This document shows positions 27,634-41,249 of a stretch of 64,000 nucleotides of DNA, in pieces; the first letter of the stretch is position 1, and every line of letters starts with the position of its first letter. Made by a program: the position numbers and the translations under genes. A model generated the notes under the pieces. It did not search any database and was not told where the DNA came from. It saw only the letters and a list, made by a program, of their open reading frames with translations. This DNA comes from Octopus vulgaris (lineage: Eukaryota): positions 23,002,001-23,066,000 of the forward strand of contig OX597823.1 of NCBI GenBank assembly GCA_951406725.2. The letters run 5' to 3'.

Positions 27634-28448
27634 CGGTGGGGGGGGGGGGGGGAATAAATATCCGTACATGTCAAAATTCTTTATTTATCTAATTTCTAAT
27701 GAACATAAATGGGATACACCAATACTATATTTGCATACACATGCATAAACTATGAATATGCAAAAGAAACTTATAAATTATAGTTACTAAGGAATTTATA
27801 TACAATTATAAATATTTAGGGATGAAAAAAGTATTTGTACAGAACATAAATAACTGATAATTCTGATTTAATACTTCGTAGCATAACCATTATTCAGTTC
27901 CACTTCAACCAATCTCTTTGTAGTTCTTAATCAATGACTCGCATGATTCTTTAGGAATTTTTTCCCATTCTTCTTGACAAATTTTCTTCAAATCTGCAAT
28001 GCACGTTGGGGCTCTTGAATGAATTTTAATTTTCAAATAATGCCACTAATTTTCAATGAGGTTCAAGTCAGGTGACTGGCTTGGCCATTCTAATAATTTT
28101 GTATTGTGATCGACAATCTATTTTTTGATAGACTTCACTATGTGCTTAGGATCGTTATCCTGTTGTAAACCCACCCTTCACAAAGCTGGAGCTTTTCTAC
28201 AGAGTCCCATAAATCATTGTCCAAAATATTTTGGTACATCTCTGCATTCATTCTACCATCTATCACATGTAAATTGCCAGTACCATTTGCAGAGAAACAC
28301 CTCCACACCATGATGCTGCCACCTCCAAACTTTACTGTAGGAATTGTGTTTTTGGTGAATATAGTATTTGTATATCTCATTTATGTTCATTAGAAATTAA
28401 ATAAATAAAGAATTTTGATGTGTACAAATATTTATTTCCCCCCCGCTG
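27634..28448 (-). mobile_element. Internally deleted Tc1 (DD34E) transposon with transposase pseudogene fragment (about 27868-28365)
   Basis: About 80-bp TIRs, TA on left. Minus translation [42 protein letters not shown] with 34 residues between D and E; stops and frameshift. Confidence 0.92.
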
Positions 28449-28728
28449 TTTATATCAGACTTGCTAATTTCCTACAAAGTTTAGCTTACTCACAGTAATA
28501 TTTTGAGTTGCAAGTAACAGAGGGAGCACCAGAAATGATAGTCTTCCACATTTAATGTTTTGTGGTATTTTGTTTTGCCTCTTTACATTTTGAGTTCAAA
28601 ATCTTGCTGTGATGATTTTTTACCTTTCCTCTCTTCAGAATTGATAGAATAATTACTGTCAAGTTCTGTGAGTAGATTGAGTAATTCAATCATCTATACA
28701 CCACACCACTACATATCTGTAGCTTTAA

Positions 28729-28931
28729 CCCTTTCGTTAACATATTTATTTTGAGATGCTCTGCATTTCTTTCAATTATTTAAATATAACAAAGAATTTA
28801 GTAAAATAACTTAGCTAGTGTTAAGAACATAAATTATGACTAAGATTTGGTGGAAGATTTTAATTCAAAACTTATGAAAGCAAGACATTTGTACTACAGA
28901 GCCAGTTTCAACCAGGTTGGTAACGAAAGGG
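28729..28931 (+). mobile_element. piggyBac-type MITE
   Basis: TTAA on both sides; TIR CCCTTTCGTTA / TAACGAAAGGG. Confidence 0.9.
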
Positions 28932-29222
28932 TTAATGAAAGAAACCAATATTTTGTTTTCTTACTTCCAGGAAATTACATGTTGCTGTCATCGGTTACCT
29001 AGCCCAATCCTGGTTTAGTAGATTTAGAATTTTTGTTTTTTCCAGATGTTATATATATAAACAATTGCATTATTATAAATTTAAAGGAGGAGGACACATT
29101 GGATAATATAAAATTACATGTTAGTTCAATATGTTGGTCATCTGAGGTAAATTTATTGGTTACCTTCAGTTAATAACTTCACCACCAATGGTAGGTATAC
29201 TGCTTGTCTTAGATAAATAATT

Positions 29223-29428
29223 TAATTAACTGCCATAGATACCTTAGTTACCTCAGGTACTTCTTTTCTTAATTAACTCTCTTAGATATCTTGCTTACCT
29301 GCAGTGGTTTTCCTAATTACTTGTATTAGCTAGATACTTTCTTACCTGAAATGGTTTACCTAATTATCACCTTGCTCACCTGGGGTGATGTTCTTAATTA
29401 CCTCTGATAGACACCTTGTTGACCTGTT
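29223..29428. repeat. Degenerate tandem repeat, 5 units of about 45 bp
   Basis: Units start at TAATTA (29223, 29270, 29314, 29361, 29395) and share tagatacctt..cttacctg..ggttttc-like blocks. Confidence 0.75.
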
Positions 29429-31159
29429 AACGATATATAACCACTCAGTTTGTTACATAGGTTTTTGTAACAATTTCTTTCTACTCTTTTATCTCAACAG
29501 TATGCTTTGTGTGGCATTACATGTTCACTTTTCAAATCACCTGGTATCTTGTAATGAGATAATAATTGTCATGACTTTGTATGTGTGTGTGTAGGTATGG
29601 AAGGTATTATTTCACAAGATTTAGGTGTTGAACAGCTACATAGGACAAATACAATTTGTAAACTAAGAAAGGTACATCTGTACATGTGGAGAGATGTGAG
29701 TTCTGATATCTACCAATTAGAATACTTGTTTTTTTATGTGCTGTTTAAGACTATTTATCAGAAATGTTTTTAACATTGTTAACCCCTTAACCATTTTAAA
29801 TGTTGGACCTCGGAAACAAATTGTTAATAACACAATGAATTTCCTGATTGTTATCCTCAGCATTACCATTGTTTTAATGTCCACTTTGTCTATGCTTGCA
29901 TGAGGCAGACAGAAATCTTTAAGGCAGATTTTCTATGACCAGATACAACTTCCTGTTGCCAATTCCTACTTGGTTCTAAGCAAGGTATTATTTACTTATG
30001 GCAGGACATTTTTGCAAAATACTGGAAATGAATTTGTGAATTATATGACTTGTATGACTGTGAAGCTTGTTCACAACTATTGCACAATGTCAAGAGAAGG
30101 ATACACAAGCACAGACACACACACACACACATACACACACTCACACACATGCCCCCCCCCCCACACACACACATACATATATCAGTGCAGGTGTGGCTGT
30201 GTGATTAAAAAACTTACTTTTGAACCAAATGGTTTGGGGTTCAATTCTACTATCATGCCAGACTGATCAAAGCCTTTGAATAGATTTGGTGAATTTGGTG
30301 AATGGAAACTGAAAGAAGGCCATCGTAAGTGTGTGTGTGTGTGTGTGTGTGTGTGTATTTTTGTCTTGACTTCATGTGATAGTTGTAAGCAAATGTCACT
30401 GACACACCAGAAGTGTCGTTCATCTCCAGTCTTCTATGAAAAGATGTACAGCCATGGGTAAATAATACTTATTTGGGAACAGGTGAGGGTTAACAATAAC
30501 ATATGGGTTAAAACAATAACATATGGGTATTTTTCAGTTTCTGTCAACCAAGGCTTTGATCAGCCTCGGGCTATAGTTGAAGACACTGTTGAGTCTTGAT
30601 TCACAAGAGAAAATAAACATCTCACAGTTTTGTTGCTTTCTTCATATATCTATTCACAGCAAATGCCTTGTTCCTAATTTAAAATTGACATTTTCAACAA
30701 TCTTCCCATTACCATCTACACCACAGTTCAGGGAAATAACATACCCCATAGGATCTGAGTTCAATCCTCAAAAACAACAGGTAAACATCTAAGGGTCATG
30801 AACTAGGTGGGCTTGGCCCTTTTAGAGTGTCAGGAACTAATAGGCTAAAATGCTTGGTGGGAGTTCTTGCTCAAGTAGACCTATGATCTGAAGTGTGCCC
30901 CATCTTAATTTTAAATATGTATCTTGTACTACATTACACAAAATACCTTTTTTTACTCTCTTGACAGTAAGCTGCTATTAGTGAGATATTTAGCTGCTGT
31001 TTTTAGCTCACACTTTCACTCAGGTTTGCTTTGTTGAACTATAAGATAATTAAAAAATAGAAATATATCTTACTGAGATGAGGCCAACCACAAAATCATA
31101 GCATTTTTTTCCATCCCATAGTACACAATCACTGGTATGGATAGCAAAGTCAAGACAAT

Positions 31160-31392
31160 ATGAGGGAATGCTAAAAAGTTTCTGGATTTGTGTAAAAAAA
31201 AAAATACAGGAAGATCATTTGATTATGATTTCATTCAACATCTCAGATTTTATTCCCCGCTCAGATTCACACACTTATTGCCGCAGTCCTTCAGTTTTTC
31301 TTAGCCCTGTGAAAGAACTCAAAAGGTTGAGTCTCCAACCAGACCTTTCATGATACCCTTAAAACCAGAAACTGTTCGGCACCCCCTCGTTT
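31160..31392 (+). mobile_element. Mariner-derived MITE
   Basis: Ends TATGAGGGAATGCTAAAAAGTT / AACTGTTCGGCACCCCCTCGT; additional right end at about 31640-31705 next to a 41-bp tandem duplication (about 31577-31660). Confidence 0.8.
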
Positions 31393-31395
31393 ATA

Positions 31396-31514
31396 AATTT
31401 TCAGTACTTGAAAAAGAGAAGAGGCCAAGTTGATGCAATGAAATTTGAAGTCACAGTGGTAAAGGATGTAACTAAACACCAAAAATCACATCACTTACTG
31501 CAGCTGCTGATCCA
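31396..31514 (+). repeat. 119-bp segment, inverted partner of 47313-47431
   Basis: 118/119 identity to the reverse complement of 47313-47431, compared base by base. Confidence 0.95.
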
Positions 31515-32507
31515 GTTATACTAATTTCTAATTTAGACATTAGGCTACACACAAGTGTAGTCTTATGCCTAAATAATAAAGTGTGCCTACATACATCTAG
31601 GCCTCCAACCAGGTATGATAAAGTGTGCCTACATACATCTAGGCCTTCAACCAGGTATTTCATGATACCCTTACAATCAGGGAATTTTCAGTACCCCCTC
31701 GTATATTTAAAAGCATTATATTATCATCAAGTATCACAAAACTCAGTGAATGTGAAAGGCTATTTTCACTGATGTGTGTGTGTTTGATAACTCATTGTTA
31801 CAAACACACACCATACATAACTACAAAAGTATATGGATCTTGATCAGAATTTCCAACCACAAGTTTTCAGTTATTCATTTACCTGAGCTACCTGCTAATT
31901 GAATTAATATTCAATGATGTGGATGAATATTCCAGAGACACTTTTACTTTTAACAGATCCTTCCTGAGTCATATAGGGCTGGTTTCCAGTTTCCATGGCA
32001 CATATGTTACTCTGGACTGGAGTTTCATGAAATGAAGTGCTGTGCTCAAGAACACAACTCATTGCCCACTCCAGGAACTGAAACCACGATGTTACAATCA
32101 TGAGTCCAACACCCTTACCAAGCCACATACCTCCACAAAAGATAAAAAATACCACTTGTAATATAGAATTGTATTTTCTTTTATTCAATATTTTCTTTTT
32201 AATAGAGATGGGTCGTTACCCTCCACCCCACTCCTGGTGAGTATCAGGTTTCATAGATACCCTCTCAAATCAGTGCCACTCACCAACATAACCTATCAGT
32301 CTCTCACTTTCCACTTAAATGACTCTTGCTGAATCAGACATAAGCCATTGCGAATTTCATTGAATCTTAGTGATTATTCTAAATTAAATTTCAGCCCATC
32401 CCTTGCTTCTCCATATCAAATCTATGTTTATGTAATAGATGTGCATGTGTGTATGTCTGTATGTACATGTATAATGAGAAATGTGTATATATATATATGT
32501 GTGTATG

Positions 32508-32579
<72 letters not shown>

Positions 32580-32595
32580 AATATGTGTATGTATG

Positions 32596-32626
<31 letters not shown>

Positions 32627-32752
32627 ATCTGTGTATTTATATATATATATATATATACTACATTTTGTGAAATATGTTTATATAATAAAAGTGTGTGAGA
32701 AATATGTTTATGTAAACCAAATATGTTTATATGTATTTATGAATAGTGTATA

Positions 32753-32804
<52 letters not shown>

Positions 32805-32829
32805 GTTTAGATAATACAAAAATAAGATG

Positions 32830-32860
<31 letters not shown>

Positions 32861-34790
32861 CACTCATACACATATGTATGTGTATATCTCTACAGTGTGA
32901 ATGTTTTTGTATGTTTTACATGTATGTGTATATGCATATATATATATATATGTATACACACACACACGTGTGTGTGTGTGTATCTATGTACATACACTGA
33001 GAGGGAGAGAGGGGGATGGAGGGAGAGAAAGAGAAAGGGAACACAATTACAATTGGAGATGAAAGGGATCTGGTTATCAGTTGTGTTAAACACAGAAATA
33101 TAATGAAATTAAAGAGAGGGAGAGATAGAGAAAGAGGAGAGGAGGAGGAGGAGAGAGACTGGTTTTGTAGTAAGGAGTGAAGAAAGAGAAGAAAACACAG
33201 AATAAGGTGTTGGGAAGGGAGGGTAGCTACTGAACAGTGAGGGGAAGAAAGAGAAGGAAATACGCAGACACATGCGTGCACACACACACACACACACACA
33301 CATGTACACACGCAAACATACACATAAGCAAATGACGTAAGAGCACAGAAACAACAACATAAAGAGTAAGAACAACAGTAAACAGTATTGTGGATGTTAC
33401 AAAGAAGTCTTTGAAGTGGGCAAAATTGGATGGATGATTCCAGTCTGCAATGGTGAGGGGGAAAAGAAAGATGCTGGGATGATGTCAGAAGGAGGAGAAA
33501 GAAGGAGGAGGGTGACTGAGGTGGGGCAGAAAGCAATAAAAGACTGTGACTTTATAATGTAACAGTAAAGAAAAAAAATTATTTATTTATTTAGAATTAA
33601 GCAGAAAGAATTCAAAGGTCAAAAGTTCAAATCTTGTTGCTTCTGTCCTGGGCTATTGAAATCATTATGCCACAGTACACCTTGCTGAAAGTAGGTATCT
33701 CTTGCCAGATTCAGTTCATTTTTTTATTGTTGTGTTACAGGCAAAATAAATTCGCAAAATAAAAAAAAAAATTGTTCATAATGAACCTGTTCACCCAGTC
33801 CTAAAAATGTGGAATCTACAGTATTAAATTGTTTCTCTTAGTGTTCTGAGTTCAAATCTTGACAGATCTTTCTTGCCAGGAAAAGCAAGTTAATAAGATT
33901 AAGTTTTAGTTAAGTAATGGGGTCAGATTAGTTGTCCTATAAAGTATTGTAGTTGTGAATGGAATTATAATCAATGTACAATTAATTCTATACAAATTTC
34001 TACTGCAGCATCACGTACATGTTTTCTTGAGAGATGTGCAACATTGTCTTTTTAATATAATGGTAAATAGGCATTATATTTAATTTGTCATGCTGTAGGG
34101 GTGTTGTTGTTTAGCTGGACAGTTCTGATCATATAGAACATTATCAAAGGCAGCATCCTTGCTATGACCTTCCTGTTTTGTTTTCCTTTATCTAAGAATG
34201 GGAGGTGTGATTTGAAGGAGATTTTGTTGCTATTTCTAGCAGATCAAGATCAATCACACAGATTCCCCTCTCCACTTTGTTGAGTCAATGAGTGATTTAA
34301 ATGCTTCGTTTGTTTGTTGCTTGTATGTGTATAGAATGTCATGAGATTCTTATTATTATCATTAATTTATAAACAAAAAAAAATCCATATCGTTATTTAG
34401 ACAGTAAGTGTAGTAGACTATATGCCTTGTGGTGTTTAATAACATTCTTTGACTTCCCAAGTTGAAATCCTATTGAATCAGAAAGAAAATGAAAATAAAA
34501 TCTGAAGCAAAAAAAGAAAGCAAAAGAAAAGGCTGATAGATGTACACAAATATCATTGAGATAGAAGTATCAGACAATCAAATCAAAAAAAGGTAACATG
34601 CTTTCTTTACTTTAGCTATCTTCTGGAATATTCTTGAAGGTAAAGAAGTAAAAGAGAAGGTAAAGAACAGGCAACTAAATATAAAAATAATAATTGCATT
34701 AATTCTCTTTGGGTTTTTTTTTCAAATTAAAATAGAAGAAATAAAAAGATATAATGTGTTTGCCTATATAGAGGCATGTATGTGTGTATG

Positions 34791-34826
<36 letters not shown>

Positions 34827-34882
34827 AAGAGAGAGATACCCACATATATGTACGTTCTTTATATACACGCACACATATATAC

Positions 34883-34924
<42 letters not shown>

Positions 34925-35874
34925 GCACATGCATATTACATATATATATATATGTAATATGCACATGCATATTACATATATATATATATGTACCTTATAT
35001 ATTTCAGTCTTTGAAATAGAGACCAAGATATTTTATATATCTAAATGCCTGAGATGAATTGTAATAAAAACTGTACATTCAGAACTTAAATAATCTTTAA
35101 ATTGCATATTTTATTTTTTTTTCACTTTTCACATTTATTTTATTCTTGTATATAGTGAACAATAGTGTCGTTAGGTGCAGGTTTCCAATGGTCCAATCAC
35201 TGGTTCACTGAATTTTTCACAGCAAGACGAACAAGGGATTGTCTGTGCAACTCAGTGGAACAAATACCATAAAGATTGTTTCTTTTTTTATTTTACTCAA
35301 AAACACCCAATTTAAAAGATTTTTTTTTTTAGTTTTCTCATCACTGTTTACAGATTTTGCTGATATACATCAACAGAAGTTATACACACGTAATGCACAC
35401 ATTCTCATATGCACACGCATATATATATAGACACAGAACCAGAAAGAAAAAGATATGAGTAGGAATGTGTAAATGTGTATAGCTAATACATTTAAGGTTA
35501 ACTGGTAGAATTGTTAGAACATCAGATAAAATGCCTTGTAATATTTGTTCCGGAACTTTAGACTTTAGTTTCATATCTAGCCAAGCTCAACTTTGCCTTT
35601 CATCCTTTTAAGGTTGATAATATGAAATACTAGTTCAGGGCAGAGGATTAGTGAAGTTGTTAGAGGTCAAAGAAAATGCCTTGTGGCATTTATTTGTTCT
35701 AACTCTTTTTATGTTCTAGCCAACAAGATGGAGTCTCATCTTGTATACAAAATCTTGTAAAAAATATGCAAAGGGCAGTAGAGGCAAACCACTCATGTAT
35801 TGCCTAATAAAATTTCCATGCAAGTGCATTTCTTGTCAAAGAAGTCACCAGGAGTCATTTATTGACCTGATAAT

Positions 35875-35933
<59 letters not shown>

Positions 35934-36172
35934 ACGTATATATAATGAGAGAGAGAGAGGATTAGTACAACAAGCAGGAAAAATAGAACTCAGTTCATGT
36001 GTGTGTACGTGTGTGTGTATATATATATATATATGTATATATTGTTTTACTTTTTTAATGGCTGGAAAATCATGAAGTGAATCAAGAGCCAATAATTTCA
36101 TGCATAAAATTTATTTATAACCTTACACAAAACTGTTGGCCTTTGAGTCACTTTATAACCTTCTGCAGATTA

Positions 36173-36239
<67 letters not shown>

Positions 36240-36769
36240 TGTGTGTGTGTGTGGTGTGCAACAGGTTTCAACACAGTTTTCATCAATTAAAATTCTGCTC
36301 ATACGGTATTAGTCAACTCAAGGCTATACGTGATTAAATCAAGAACTGTATGGTTGTCTAGCAAACTTCTTAATCACACAACCATGCCTACACCTTATTT
36401 ACAATATCTGTATATATCTACTTTATATTTCAGTTTGTTTGATTTCTGAGCTTCTTATTTAAATCTTATTTGTGACAGGAGTAGGGGCCATATTATGGAC
36501 ATCCAAGAATGAGACACCTGATGACAACTGGATCAAAATGAGATGTAGATATAGGAGAGATATGAATTCTCAATAAGAACATGTTAATAGTTCGTGTATG
36601 TTGAGCTGTAAATTTTAGAACATAGTGTCCTACAAGTAAAACCGTGATAACTATCATTTGATGAAGCCTGAGTGTTGTTTGTTGGTGGAGATGTTAGTGG
36701 TGTTTATGATGATGTGGTTATGATTTATGGTGGTTGTAGTGTTGGTGACAGTACTAGTGAGAGAGTTAA

Positions 36770-36950
36770 TGTTTGTAATGTTAGTAGTGACGGTGGTGGT
36801 GGTGGTGGTGATGGTGAAGTTAATGATGGTGTGATGTTGGCTGGTAGCGATGATGGCGATGGTGTCGGTAGTGATAACGGTGATGGTAGTGGTGGTGGTG
36901 GTATGGTGATGGTGGTGGTGGTGTTGCTGGTGGTGGTGGTAGTGGTGCCT
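36770..36950. repeat. (GGT/GAT)n low-complexity tract
   Basis: Explains the Gly/Val-rich and Thr/Pro-rich ORFs 36672..37019 and 36725..37273. Confidence 0.85.
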
Positions 36951-37158
36951 GTGCCGGGCTGCAACAAGGATGAGGAGATGACGGTGATGAATAAATACAT
37001 AAAGTACAGTAATGAATGAATAAATATTATGTAGTTAACTACCTTAAGCTGAAATATAGGCTCTATAATCGGTGACAGTCTCTTACAATCTATAAAACTA
37101 ATACACACACACACACACACACATGAATATTGAATATGTGTGTGAGTGTGTATGTAAA

Positions 37159-37245
<87 letters not shown>

Positions 37246-37303
37246 TATATATAATGTTTATTATTGTATGCACACACGTTTTATTCTTCTGCTGACTCTC
37301 TTC

Positions 37304-37369
<66 letters not shown>

Positions 37370-37517
37370 CTCTCTCTCTCTCTCTCTTGTTCTCGCCAAA
37401 CTTTCTCCCCCCCTCTCTCTCTGTCTTTGTCTCACTCTCTCGCTCTCTCTTTCTCTCCCTCTCTATCTCTCTCTCTTCCTCCCTCTCTCTCCTTCTCTTT
37501 GCTTCTATCTCTGACTG

Positions 37518-37562
<45 letters not shown>

Positions 37563-37789
37563 TACACGCACGCACGCACGCACTCACTCACACACAGAAT
37601 GCAACTGATAACAGATATGGCAATCATCAACAGTTTATGCATTTTGGAAACAACAACAATAACAACATTGATTATACATTATTGATTGATGATTTTTCTC
37701 TATATATACAATGTTGTTTCAAAACTTGCTTCTATTACATGTTTTTTTTATATATTATTATTGTGTCCTTTTTTTTTCTGTCTATTAAT

Positions 37790-38440
37790 ATACGGACTAG
37801 ACAAGAAAACCTTACCAACGACTCACCATTTTTATTTATACTTTTAGACGTTTTGTTGTATTTATAGATTTTGTTGTTTTTGTTATGTATACGTTTTGTG
37901 ATATTTTCTTGAATAAATGCTTCACTAATGAGTGATGGAAAGTTCCATTTGATGGCAAGCATCAGGGGTTGGCTTTTCTAATATTCATTTATTATTACTT
38001 TTTTTTTTTTTCTTTATCATTATTTTTGTCGTTATTGTTGCTTTTGTTGTGGTTGTTGTTGCTGCTATTGTCATTGTCATCATCATCATCATCGTCTTAA
38101 TCCTTGCTGTAGTTGTTGTTATCATCATCATCAGCAGCAGCAGCAGCAGCATCTTTGATGTTGTTCTTATTTCTGTTACCGTCATCGACATTGTCATCAA
38201 CATTACTATCATCAGCAACACATCGTCATCGACATATTGTCAAAACTCATCGTTAGGAACATCTTCATTACTAATGTCATTAGCATCTTATGTAGGATGG
38301 ATCCAGCTGTCAGTGGCAACCAGAGATATCGCTCCACTTTTCTGCTGTCTTCTGTCTTTCTTTCTACGAATGTCAAGGTCAAAAATAAGTTGTGCAAGGG
38401 ACAGGTCTAAAAGGACTGAGGATGAATCTGCCCCTCCCTT
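37790..38440 (-). promoter_or_regulatory. CpG-retaining promoter-like patch
   Basis: About 13 CpGs in about 580 bp by eye versus about 1 in the following 850 bp. Confidence 0.35.
37816..37935 (-). other. Candidate first exon with start codon and two alternative 5' splice sites
   Basis: A-rich leader with no upstream ATG from about 37935, then AAAAATG|GTGAGT (ATG 37829-37827) and CGTTG|GTAAGG (exon end 37816); Inr-like TCATT/TTAGT near 37930. Confidence 0.45.
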
Positions 38441-39579
38441 ATGAATCCTATATTGTTTCTTCAAGTATTACAGAAGATGATAGGTGAGTGGAAAGAGACA
38501 GAGACAGAGGGGAAAGCCTGCTTCTTTCTCCACTATAAATTACATGTTACTGTCTTGAAAAAGGGTGGGGATATATTGGGTATTGTTGTTCAAGGTACAA
38601 TAGGCTTGAGAAAATGATTATAGGTCTACTGGATCAGGCTTAACCTGGAGCTAAAAATGTTTTGTTTTTAGGAGGCGGGGTATTGATTTAATCAGAGAAG
38701 GAAAGGCAGCAGCAATTACTATTTTTAGGGCTTCTAATAGACTAGCTAAGGGAAGCCATCTACAGACCTAACCCCAATGCTTTCAAAGGAGTGGACTTCA
38801 CAACAAACATTGATATGCATGATAATAGTGTTGATCTGGTTGAAGGATTTAACCTTCCACCTAAGATTATATTTAAATAATGCAAACTTTAATTTAGAAT
38901 ATTCCTTATAGTTAGTTTCAAATTGTAATTATTTGGCAAATGATTTATACAGTGTGTTAAAACTGAAACATTTACATTATGAATATATCAAGACAGCCAT
39001 TTAAAATGTATCTATACCATTATATCCACTTTTGTTTTATTTTGAAATAGTTATATATCTTATTATAATGAAAAGTATACTTCAGTATGTATATATGTAA
39101 CCAATGGAAATCTCTTCTTCTAAGTGAGTTATACTATAGAGATTTCAATTAGTAATAATTTCAAGAACAAAACAGAACCTCATCAGCTTGCTGAAACCTG
39201 GGATTAGAGGCCTTTAGATCTTGAGCTAAGCTATTTCATCTACTTGTAAATGGCCTCCTAATTAGTAGAAATACATTTACTTTCATTAAAATGAGAATAA
39301 TTTGCTAAATTATATCATACAAAATACACTAATTAATGGGTATAGAAAAAAAAGTCCATTCCAAATTAAAAAATGATTCAAAATATAAAAGGTTTATTTT
39401 GTTTTTATGTAATTTTACTCATTTCTTCTACATGTTTTCAATTTGTCTGAAATACTCGCATGCATGCGCACACACACACACACACACATGCACACTCATA
39501 CACACACATATATACACACATACACACACACATATACATACACACATACACACACACATACACACACACGCATACACAC

Positions 39580-39650
<71 letters not shown>

Positions 39651-40433
39651 GAGTTGAAGAGGGAAGGAGAGAAAGAGGAATATGGTATATTTGAAACAAT
39701 TAGTAGGTATCTAACATGATTGATCAATCTGTTGAAAACTGGACAAAACTCTCACAAATCACACCCTAAAATGAAGACTGCATTAGACATTACAGATTTT
39801 GATATACCAACAATGAGACTGTCACAATTGGAATATATTTCATCATGGTTTTTAGACTACAAGCAATTCAGGACTACACAACGGCACCAAAGTTTACTTC
39901 GAGCCAACGAAAGAAGGCTTCTGCATGGGTATTGTAACTTGCTAGATATAACAGCCAAATTTTGCTCACATCACTCCCTGTTGTCTTTTATTTTCCAACT
40001 GCCAAATTCATTTGCAAGGCTTTGGTTATTTTGGAGCTATAGTAGAAAACAATTGCCCTAGATATCATATAGTGGAACTGAATGTAAAACCACATAGCTG
40101 GGAAGCAAATTTCTTACCCACACACCCTTGCCAACACACACACCCTTGCCTACACACACACACACATGTATACATATACACACGTGCACACCTACACACA
40201 CATGGACAAACACAATCACACACACACACACACACATGTACACTTACACACATGGACACAAACACACATACACACGCACACACACAAACTTTTTTCAAAA
40301 TGACAAGCAGACAATCCGATAGTTTCAATCACCATGTTGTATGTGTACAATGGAACTTTTTTCACCCTTCGTAGCATTAAATATGATCAATAAATAACAG
40401 GAAAGTGAATATAAGAGTATATCTATATCTATA

Positions 40434-40527
<94 letters not shown>

Positions 40528-40529
<2 letters not shown>

Positions 40530-41036
40530 GTAAATCCTCGAGTATAGTCCGCCCTTGAGTATAATACACAGGGGATTTTTAGGGGGCTGTACCTCTGAAA
40601 AACCTAAACCTTGTGTATAATACACACCCCTTCTCTAACTTGAGTCAAGGAGGTCTATATAATGTTCTTGGTTTGTAAAACTCTATATGGTAACGTCCTT
40701 TATTATTATTGTATATATAACATAATGCAAACGTAGCTTTTTTGTACATTTTGTTTGCGAAAATAAAGAAATAACAGTAATAACGTTTAATAAATGTTGC
40801 TTATTGCAAGTTATGGATGATTCTTTTATGACTTTATTGCTTTCAGGCTTAGCTTAAGGTATTTTCATGCCCGACATCACAAAATGCGTCTGAATAAACA
40901 TTGCCGGACAGCAAATAGAGACTCGGACATTGCTTAGAAAATAATTTTCATTTTTAACTTCGTATATAGTATGAACTAGGGATTTTGACCTTTAAATTTT
41001 GGGAAAAGAATGTGGATTATACTCGAGGATTTATGG
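40528..41036. mobile_element. Tc1/mariner-superfamily (pogo/Tc2-like) MITE in a (TA)n tract
   Basis: TIR CCGTAAATCCTCGAGTATAGTCCGC / GTGGATTATACTCGAGGATTTATGG; TA flanks. Confidence 0.88.
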
Positions 41037-41249
41037 TATACATATATATATATATATATATATAATATAAATAATATATATATGCATACATACTTTCATG
41101 TCTACATATATACATATGCATATGTGGGCACAGAACTTCACAAAACATAAACAACAAAAGACACGAAGTATGAAGACATGGAATAAGGACTTTTTAGCAA
41201 GCAACAAAAGAAACAAATGGAAAACAAAACAAGCAACAGAAGGAACGAC

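Noticed and set aside
29223-29428. Repeat-spacer look of the 29.2-kb and 52.5-kb arrays as CRISPR
   Set aside because: Units are degenerate along their whole length, context is eukaryotic, and there are no cas genes.
36511-36545. GAGACACCTGATGAC hammerhead-like start
   Set aside because: No convincing stem II, GAAA or stem I partner follows.
37130-37867. Longest ORF (245 aa) and the many YIYI/CVCV/HTHT/LSLS/ERER ORFs
   Set aside because: Translations of (TA)n, (CA)n and (CT)n microsatellites, which lack stop codons.
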